This document shows positions 50,994 through 64,000 of a stretch of 64,000 bases of DNA, one piece after another. The number at the start of each line of letters is the position of its first letter. Positions within the stretch are counted from its first letter, which is position 1. This stretch comes from Octopus vulgaris. Its lineage: Eukaryota. Both the position numbers and the translations under genes were made by a program. The notes beneath the pieces were generated by a model, which saw nothing but the letters and a program-made list of their open reading frames with translations, searched no databases and was not told where the DNA came from. The DNA lies in the NCBI GenBank assembly GCA_951406725.2, contig OX597824.1:38812001-38876000 (forward strand). Direction: 5' to 3'.

Positions 50994-51830
50994 TATGTAT
51001 ATACATGTATGTATGTATTTATGTATGCCTGAAAACTATAAGTGAATGTTGTGTGTACTCAAGTAATAATTATAGGTAAAATATGTTGAGTATCAGCACA
51101 GAGATTTCTGATCATTCACGTCGCAATTTATTTTATTTTATTTCTTTGTTTACTTCTATTGTTGCTTCTTCAAACGAGGCAGTTTCTCGAACACTTTCCT
51201 ATTTCAGCTAATCCAGCGCTTTTATACAATAATCATTTGCGAATTTAGCAATTTTGAGACTAGGGATGTTACTTGATGCCATCGACCCCAGTACTTGACT
51301 AGTAATTTTATCGACCCCCCAGAGAACTGAAAGGCAAAGCTGAGGTTAGGGTTATCGAACTCAGTACATAAAGTGCAAGAACAAATGCTACAAGAGATTT
51401 TTTACCATGTTCTGACGTTTTTAACATGTCAGGCATAATGTTACTTTCGAGCTAGATGAAGCTGCCCCAAAATAGTAGCCCCCCCTCTCTCTCTCTCTCA
51501 CACTCTACCTGTTTGTCTTTCTATGTGTCTGTCTTCTGTCTGTCCATCTGTCTATTTCTTTGTCTATACACACATATATACACATAAACATGTGTGTGTG
51601 TATGTGTGTGTATGACCATCCTTGTGAGTGTGTGATAAAGCTAATCTGAACTTAATGGTAAGTGACTGACGATGATCATTATGTTGGTGATGATGACGAT
51701 GAAGAAAACGACGACCACGTCCATCTCGCGATAGTGATAACGATGACGACGACGATGATGATGATGATGATTATGAAGTTGATGATGGTGGGGCTTGTGA
51801 TGATAATGAAGACAAAGCCAAGTCCCTGTC

Positions 51831-51861
<31 letters not shown>

Positions 51862-52213
51862 GTGCTGATGAAGACGGTTACAACGTTTCTGTCAATGATG
51901 ATGAAGATGGTGATGATAATGCTGGTGGTGGTGGTGGTGATGATGCAGCTGCTGCTGCTGATGGTGATTGTGATGAAGACGACAACGTCCCTATCAAGGA
52001 TGATGATGATGATGGTGGTGGTGGTGGTGATGATGATGATGGCGATAGCTGTGTAGGGCTTATGACAGTCTAGAGTGATGGGGTATAACAGACCGATGCG
52101 AGTGTGTATGTGATGGGTGGAATGTATCAACATGAAAATTTAAAGCATAAACAAAAGGAAAATATCAAAGATTTTAGGAAAAAAAGAACAAAAACAAAAA
52201 TACAAGATAACAA

Positions 52214-52266
<53 letters not shown>

Positions 52267-52268
<2 letters not shown>

Positions 52269-52962
52269 GAAAAGAAATATTACAAGTAACTGCAGAATAT
52301 GTGGAGATGGACAAGAAACAATAAATCATATTATCTCTAGCTGCCCAGTCCTGGCTAAGAAGGAATATATTCACAGACATGACAGAGTTGGAACTTACAT
52401 ACATTGGAAGCTATGCCAACATTATGGAATAACAACAGAAAAAAGATGGTATAGGCACACACCAGAAAAGGTCACAGAAAACGAGAAAGCAACCATACTC
52501 TGGGATATGCCGATACACACAGATAGAGAAATTAAGGCCAACAGACCAGATATAGTTGTCAGAGACCATGAAGAAAAAAATGCTTTCTAATTGATGTATC
52601 AGTACCGGCAGATGACAACGTGTCTCTAAAAGAAATGGAGAAACTCTCAAAATACAAAGACCTGGAAATAGAGGTAACTAGAATGTGGAATCTGAAAACA
52701 GAAACAATTCCTATCATAGTAGGTGCATTAGGCATGATAAAAAAATATTCAGACAAATACATAACAAAAACACCAGGACTTACAAACACATATAACATAC
52801 AGAAAATTGCACTACTGGGCACTGCACACATCCTACGCAGAACACTTTCCATACAATAACCATCAGAGCATCACAACAAATCACAGCACATACCCAAGGC
52901 ACACAGAGCTGTGCTCGGTAGTGAAGTGAAAGCACGCTATAAAAATAAAAATAAAACTACTG
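52267..52962 (+). mobile_element. R4/Dong-type non-LTR retrotransposon 3' part (CCHC knuckle + restriction-like endonuclease + 3' UTR)
   Basis: CRICGDGQETINHIISSC, RHDRV, RPDIVV, LIDVSVP, KLSKYKDL, PIIVGALG. One frameshift in an A run at ~52580. Flanked by (TAA)n on both sides. Confidence 0.92.
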
Positions 52963-53139
52963 AATAATAATAATAATAACAATAATAAAAACAACAACAA
53001 CAACATCAACAGCAATAATAATCTTAATAGGTTAAAGAATACGGAACGGAACAAAGTGAAAGTGTAGCAGTTTTAATGTTTAACAAATGTCTTTGATTAT
53101 CCTCGGAAAACAAATTCTATGTCACTGCCAATTTATCTG

Positions 53140-53171
<32 letters not shown>

Positions 53172-53499
53172 CGACACCACTTCCACCGCCAACACCACCA
53201 CTGAAGCCACTATCACTGAATGTATTTCTCTTGTCACTTGTCTTCCATTCTCTTCCCCTCTCAAAATCTCAAGCTCACACGCACGTGTACGTAAGTGTGT
53301 GTGTGTGTTCGAGTGCATGTGTGCGCGCGCGTATACATGCGTATTATGTGTGTGCGTGTGTGTGTATGCTTATTCACACATGCACACACACTCTATCTAT
53401 CTCTCCCATACACACACGCACACATATATTCTTTATTAGTTTCAGCTCGAGAGGTGCAGCCATGCTGGGGCACTGCGGTTACCTTTGATATCAACTTTC

Positions 53500-56350
<2,851 letters not shown>

Positions 56351-56637
56351 TATTTAATTTTGACATCACTCATTTAGAGGTAGTATTTGTAAGGTTGTGC
56401 AGTCACCAGTATTTTTATCATAACACCCTCAGTAAATGGTTTGCTAGCCAAGGCTCGGAGAGTCCACACTTACACTCGTATACACACTGTTTTTAGTGCC
56501 AGTCTTTTAAATCGATTGTTTTATATTTTTGTATTTGACATTTTCACTCCTGGGAATTTTGGTGTTGCAGTGACATAACCATCGGTGTTTTTATTGAAAC
56601 ACCTTCTACTATTATTATTAATTTTGCTTTTTTTTAA

Positions 56638-56850
56638 GGCGGCGAGCTAGCAGAATCGTTAGCACGCCGGGTGAAATGCTGACCGGTATTTCGTCTGCCG
56701 TTACGTTCTGAGTTCAAATTCCGCCGAGTTCGACTTTGCTTTTCATCCTTTTGAGGTTGATGAAATAAGTACCAGTTACGCAGTGGGGTAGATATAATCG
56801 ACTAGCCCCCTACCTCTAAAAGTTTCAAGGCTTTGTGCCTAGAGTAGAAA
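56638..56850 (+). mobile_element. SINE family B
   Basis: ggcggcgagctagcagaatcgttagcacgccggg..gttcaaattccgccgag..tttcatcc..agtaccag. Confidence 0.85.
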
Positions 56851-57134
56851 TAATAATTATTACTTTTTAAATAGCCTTGTGACGCCTCTTCGCAAAGTTC
56901 TAAAAGAGAAAAGATAAAACCATGTCTGATATTCTTCAATAGTATGGTCAGTCTTTATCGAGAAATTCCTATTTTTCCTCAAAGCCCCTTGCTCGTGTTC
57001 ATACCACCTTTCTCTTCACTCAAGGCAATACCAATTTCTCATTCCCACTCTTTCCAGGACTTCATTTGGCGCACAGAGGAGAAAATGTTAGAACATTGAG
57101 ATATTTAAATGAGGAGTCTCAACTTCCTCTACTA

Positions 57135-57459
57135 CAGTGGTTCTTAAGGTTTTTCGTTTTTGTAACGCCCCCTTTTAGGTAGTTGTTATGCCTAGCGCCC
57201 ACCTAAGTAGTGAGTGAGTTATTACGACTAAACTAACATAACATTGATGATATGAATTTTACCCTAAAAATTGATCGTATTAGATTTGAACAGTGAAATG
57301 ATCAAAAATTAATAAAGACAAAAATTGTAAATTTACTTCATATAAGTATGTAAATTATGTTACTGCACCGGCTACTCACCGCCCCCTAAAGCCTAAAGCC
57401 CCACTTAGACATGCCCAGCGATTCCTTGGGGGTGTTACCGCCCAAGTTGAGAACCTCTT
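57135..57459. mobile_element. hAT (Charlie-like) MITE
   Basis: Termini CAGTGGTTCTTAA ... TTGAGAACCTCTT, with imperfect 8-bp TSD ctctacta / ctctacgg. Confidence 0.6.
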
Positions 57460-58078
57460 CTCTACGGTATGTAGTATTTCTAAGAATGTTCATACATCCA
57501 TTAAAGTTTAAAAGCGGCTGATAAGACCTCAGAAGATCGAAATAAAGATTGGTCGTGTAAATGTTGATGCACCATTGTAGCTGAAATCTATTCGATTCTC
57601 TTGCTTATATATTCATCCATACAGTTGTATAAAATTGAGTGTAACGAGTGGCTTAAGCGAGTGAAATCTTATATAATTTCACATGATTTAACTATGAGGG
57701 TAAACCACAAATAAGCTCAAATCGCTAACCCAGGAATTGAACTGGCAACAAAGACTTCGGTTTCAGAATCTCATCTCAGCTCTGTGAAATTCCGAACGTA
57801 AGAAATAACAAAGAATAAGAGAAGGCAACGATTAAATAACCGAGACAAAACAGCTATTATTGGTATTTGTATATATGTCCTCACATACACACATCTCAAA
57901 ATAAATACACGCACACGCACACAGAGACGTACAAGTGTTGTCTGTGCGTGTGCTTTTGTCTGTATGTAGATATGTAAGTCTATACATCTAAGCATATACA
58001 CACACACACACACGACCGCACCAACACGTACATATTTGTATACCTGTAAGAGTGTATGTATTTACGCATACATTTATA

Positions 58079-58115
<37 letters not shown>

Positions 58116-58203
58116 GGGTATAAAAGTATATTATACGCATGCATATATACAAATATATATCTATGCGTGTGTGTGCGTGTGTTTACACATATGTGCTTGA
58201 GTG

Positions 58204-58236
<33 letters not shown>

Positions 58237-58372
58237 CCTTTCTCTCCAATGTCTTCCCTTATCACACACAGACACGCATGTACATGTCCATGCGTCCATA
58301 TATATAAATGCATCAATGTGAATGTAGATGTGTGTGTGTACGTGTATGTGTGTGCATTTGCCGCCGTATATC

Positions 58373-58462
58373 GAAGAAGAAGAAGAAGAAGAAGAAGAAG
58401 AAGAAGAAGAAGAAGAAGAAGAAGAAGAAGAAGAAGAAGAAGAAGAAGAAGAAGAAGAAGAA
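58373..58462. repeat. (AAG)n microsatellite
   Basis: Direct inspection. Confidence 0.95.
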
Positions 58463-58836
58463 GGAATAATAGTCTAAAGGCGAAAGTAAAATCCATACGA
58501 GTTTATGCAAAGCACTATTGGACTCTTTGTGTGGGGGTTGGCAATGGGAGCAAGGATCACTTTCCTTTCCTGGAAATGTTTCGGCTAGCCGTTGACATAC
58601 AGTAATCAATTGGGCAGAGAGGATTCAAGACATTTGTCAACTAGTAAACAGTAGATTCCAACAAACTTGGTAAATATTTGACTGTCAAATTCTCTGCAAC
58701 AGTTTAGTGTCTGTCTTCTCCCGCAGATACCCTTGTCTGATTTCGCCGCCAGATAAAAAAAAGGAAAACAAAGAACAAAAAAAAACAAACAAATAAAATA
58801 TTTAGACATTTCCTGGGTGGTTTCGGACTCATGTTT

Positions 58837-58869
<33 letters not shown>

Positions 58870-58873
58870 ACAT

Positions 58874-59009
<136 letters not shown>

Positions 59010-59071
59010 TTATATAAATGCTTGTATGTATATATACGCAAACAGGGATATGGATACATAAATATATATAT

Positions 59072-59121
<50 letters not shown>

Positions 59122-59154
59122 ATATATATGTGTGTGTCTGTGTGACTATGTCTC

Positions 59155-59194
<40 letters not shown>

Positions 59195-59411
59195 GATGGC
59201 TGGATCTATCTTTCAGTTGTTTAGCTGTAAAATTCCGTACTTGTTTCAGAAAATGAATGAATGAATGACTAAAAAGATAAACACAAACGTAAATCCATAT
59301 ATATAAATAGCGAGATAGATAGTGAGATAAATAGATAATTTACACCAAAGAGAATTCTCACGCCGTTTCTCACTCTACGTATCAGTGTTTATCTATCTAT
59401 CTATCTATCTG

Positions 59412-59498
<87 letters not shown>

Positions 59499-59585
59499 CT
59501 CTCTCTCTATATATATATATCTATCTATCTATATCCATCTATCTATCTATCTATCTATCTATATATCTATCTATCTATCTATCTA

Positions 59586-59630
<45 letters not shown>

Positions 59631-59960
59631 CTCCATCTACGTCTAATCTGTTTATATTGTGTGTGTGTGTGTGTGTGTGGAAAGGTGTCTATATATTTCA
59701 AATATGCAACCGACTAAACTCTCTCTTTTCTCTCTTTCTCACTCACTCACTCACTCACTCACTCACACACTCACTCACTCACTCACTCACTCACTCACTC
59801 ACTCACTCACTCATTCAGTCACTCAGTCACTCACTCGTACACATACGCTTGCTCTTTAATTTACCTCACCTCTCTCAGTTTGTTCATGTATGCGTGTATG
59901 CTAATATACGTACGTGTGTGCGTGTGTATGGTCGTATAAATGTTTATATATATATATATA

Positions 59961-60257
59961 TGAGGTCATCAGAGAGAAGTCCGGCGTGAGGGATGTCATC
60001 GCAGAATATACTCGCAGCAAGTTTAGATGGGCTGGACACGGCTTACCGATAATCGGTGGACCCGCGCAGTTGTCGAGTGGTACCAGCGCGAGTGGAAAAG
60101 ACCACTTAGAAGGCCTCCACGACGGTGGAGTTACGATTTCAGAAGGACGATTGGGATCACGTGGATGAGAAAGGCGTGATCCGAGAGGAGTGGACAGTGT
60201 GCTGTGACCAGCGGTGTCAAATGGACGCCCGACAGACTGGACTGGTCGGTCAAGGTG

Positions 60258-60258
<1 letters not shown>
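59961..60258 (+). mobile_element. RTE-clade LINE 3' end inside (TA)n
   Basis: [26 protein letters not shown] / [28 protein letters not shown], the typical RTE C-terminal WAGH..R..W..P..KR..GRP..RW pattern. Confidence 0.85.
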
Positions 60259-60354
<96 letters not shown>

Positions 60355-60763
60355 TGTATGTATGTATGTATGTATATGTACGTGTGTAGTATAGCCGTCA
60401 CGCGTGAGCAAGTGTACATGGATACCCTTTCAGCCTATTTACACTTGATTGAGAGGGACATTGAGGATATGGTAGGTGGGGAGAGAGAGAGTTCGGCACT
60501 AGTCCCATGCTTGTACTCATTACAGCTATGCAAATTGTAGAACTGTGAAAATGAAGTGCCTTGCTGAAGGACACAGCACATACGATCTAATGGTCATGAG
60601 TACCCAACCAATTACCCTCTCTCTGCTTCGGTCTGTCTATCTGTCAGTCTCTCTCTCGCACTTTCTCACTCTCTCTGTCTCTCCCCCCCTCTATCTCTCT
60701 CTCACACATACATACACGCATACGTATGTATGTATGTATGTATGTATGTATGTATGTGTGTAT

Positions 60764-60795
<32 letters not shown>

Positions 60796-61425
60796 ATGCA
60801 TGCATGCATGTACGTATGAGTATATCAGTGTGTGCGCTGGTATGTAAATGGATTTTCCGTCGGTTTCCACGGTGCGTATTCCAGCTGTTTGTTATCCATT
60901 CAGTTGCTTAAATTATCGTCTATTTGAGTCATATACAGACATCGAGACAGCTACATACTAACAGAACAGAGAAAATTAAAGAACTTAATGACATTTCGAT
61001 ACTTGCTAAGAACATTAAATAATTTCAAATGCACGCTCGCTGTACAATGGAGATTTCTTACATACCAAGACAGTAGTTGTGATTAAGACGAAGATTTATC
61101 TTCTATTTCTAGTATGTCGTGTGACCACGAAGAAAACTTCTTACAGTCATTATTGTTGCTGATGTGTTTTTTTTTTTAATTTTCTTATACAGAGATGGCT
61201 TTCTTTCTTTTTTTTTTTGTTTTTGGCTGATACTGTTGCTATTATTATTGCTATTTAAAACGTAAACACGTCGTAAAAGACGGGATTTCAACACTTTAAC
61301 GAAAGAAATATTTGTGCTGGTCGATTGCCAAGTAAATATGACGTCATCACTTGTATATTAGACGTGTTGACAAAAGACTAGTGAATATTTAAGCGTACTC
61401 ATCATATTGGGGCATTCTAAATTGA

Positions 61426-61466
<41 letters not shown>

Positions 61467-61531
61467 CATATATATACATATATATATATATATACATATA
61501 TATACATATATATACACACACACATATATAC

Positions 61532-61575
<44 letters not shown>

Positions 61576-62465
61576 ATGTGTATGTATGTATGTATAGGTA
61601 TATATATAAAGATATATATGCGCGCGCACATACACACACCGCATACGCACACATGCATGAATTCCATACGTACATACATATATATGAACATATATGATAT
61701 ATATATGTGTGTCTGTGTGTGTATGTATGCACACACACACACACGCACGCACAGATACATACAGACATAAGAATAAAAAGCAGCTTTAATATTGTAAACA
61801 TTATCGATCGCACATACATAGTGTGTTTTGTTTACAAAGATCCCTGGACGACGTCGACTGTAAGAACACTGAATGTCCCAGAGTAGGCGAGACAACACAC
61901 CTCAAGATGATCGAGATTGATAGATATCGACATCTCGCCATAATTGTGACTCATCAGTACCATATACTTAGAAAACCTCGAAGCGAAATCAATGGCCGGT
62001 CTGCAATTGGTGTGAAATTTATTTGTTGATGGGGTCGAGGTGGGGTATAAACCCACAGGGATTGACAGACCCCTGCTCTTTGTCAAGATGTCTCTCTGTC
62101 TAGAAGACTAACTCGTATATAAAAACCGCTGCTCTACTGGGCGGATATCTTCCACGTTGCTTGTCTCTGGACGTTTTGTATTGTTAGTGAAAATCATTGT
62201 GGTGTTGTGTAAACCACACTCGACTTAAAACCCTTGCACGCGCATTGATGACACAACTGTCAGCGATGGTTATCAAACGAGTTGACAACCATCATTTATG
62301 GATATATATATGTGTGTGTGTGTGTGTGCGTGCGTGTATGTATATGTGTACATGTGTGCATTTGCAGATTCTGTGAACGAAGTTTTACTTTCCCCAGGCC
62401 AATTGGAGTAATTTCCCTTTATTCAACGGTTTTTTTTTTGATAGCGTCTTTGTTTGTCTTAATAA

Positions 62466-62514
62466 CTGATGAGATGCCGGAGCAGACTTCAACCCCGGCA
62501 TCTGAAACTCTGTA
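62466..62514 (+). ncRNA. Hammerhead core with strong stem II and no stem I partner
   Basis: CTGATGA gatgccgg-14nt-ccggcatc t GAAA ctctg TA. The sequence after GTA does not pair with upstream aataa. Confidence 0.55.
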
Positions 62515-62869
62515 TGTTTGTGTGTATTTTTGTGCTTGTTTCTCACCGCTTGGCAACTGATGCTGATTTGTCTACAGTCCTATAACTCTTAACATACGTA
62601 TAAACACCAATTATGTGTGTGTGTGTGAGATATACCTATGTATGTGAGTGTGTGTGTGTGTGTGTATGTGTGTGTATGTGTGTGTGATATGTATGTATGC
62701 ACATTCATACATAAAAAGATACATTTGGTACTTAATAGTATAAATACAAACGTCCATGTTGAGGAACATAATGTAGGTGCGAGAGAAAAGATAAATACAT
62801 TATTGTTGGTGTTGCTGTTGTTGTAGTAGTAATTGTTGTTGTTATTACTATTATTATTATTACCATTAC

Positions 62870-62995
<126 letters not shown>

Positions 62996-63001
62996 CATTG
63001 T

Positions 63002-63034
<33 letters not shown>

Positions 63035-64000
63035 CAGCAGCAGTAGTAGTAGTAGTCACAACATTCACAATGCCCCTTCTCTTATATAAACAGTAATGTC
63101 ATCACAGATGTAATTTGTATTACACGTCTGACATGAACGTTCATTTTGTGTAACAATTCTCGTATCGGTTTCTCTCTAGCTACTTCCCCACGATCATCAG
63201 CATGATCACCACCACCACCACCACCACCACCACCGCCACCACCACCACCACCACCACCACCACCACCACCATCATCATCACTACCTACAAATTTGTGGTC
63301 ATAGTAGTATTGGTAGTGTAGTCATCGATGTCATCATCATCATCATTATCATCATTACCATCATCATCATCACCACCACCACCACCACCATCGTCGTCGT
63401 CGTCCTCTTTATCATCATCACCATCATCAACACCATTTTTGTTCTCGTCGGCGTTGTTATAATTTTCATTATCAATGTCGACATCAACTTCTTGGTATTC
63501 GTGGTGGTAAGCATGGTAGTGTAATCGTCGTCGTCGTCGTCATTATCATCATCATCATCATCATCATCATTGCTATCATCATCACCATCATCATCACCAT
63601 CTTCATCAAGACGTCAACTTTATTCATTTACAGAGTCAATTTCCACCGACGTCGACTTTGCCGTTCATCCTTTCGGGGGTCGATAAATTAAGTACCAGTG
63701 AAACAACTGTGGTCGAAGTACTTGACCACCAAATTTCAAGCCTTGTGCCTTGAGTAAAAAGGATCATTCATTAACAGAGTCCTGTTAATCGTTGTTATTA
63801 TCGCCGGCATTATGGTTGTTGGAAATGTGAAATAATGCTAACAATTAACTCGGTATCATCTATACACACATATACAAAAACATTCATGCCACTCCATGCT
63901 CCTAAATAGAAACACTGCTAATCAAGATCTAATTAAGACTAAATTTACAGAATACGCTCCAGTGAGACACAGTGCATAGCAAATACTTAATTCAGTTAAT

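Noticed and set aside
51345-51355. ggttagggtta telomere-like motif
   Set aside because: Fewer than two full repeats, inside a decayed SINE; attributable to chance.

Overview
This is AT-rich, microsatellite-saturated animal genomic DNA. The tRNA-derived SINE families and repeat landscape suggest an octopus-like cephalopod, which is an inference. No complete host gene is visible; there is one candidate exon at 15011-15172 (-). Almost all long ORFs in the track are translations of simple repeats. The real coding content is transposon-derived. It comprises a near-complete, frameshifted GC-rich Penelope-like element (PLE; RT + C-terminal GIY-YIG, 32043-35630, -), two decayed remnants of a second PLE lineage, several R4/Dong-type RLE retrotransposon pieces (some sitting in (TAA)n), and CR1- and RTE-type LINE ends. 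Non-coding mobile elements include three SINE families, non-autonomous Helitrons and a hAT MITE. The most notable unannotated signal is a set of type I hammerhead ribozyme (HHR) motifs, about 6 well formed and several decayed. Several sit inside non-coding fold-back elements that share family motifs: one has the HHR at the apex of a ~360-bp palindrome, and one has two opposed HHRs and a 14-bp target-site duplication. Variants include a CCGACGA core and large stem II insertions. Together they suggest a retrozyme-like system of non-autonomous, self-cleaving RNAs mobilised by PLEs. All structures were paired by eye, and none has been computed or tested.
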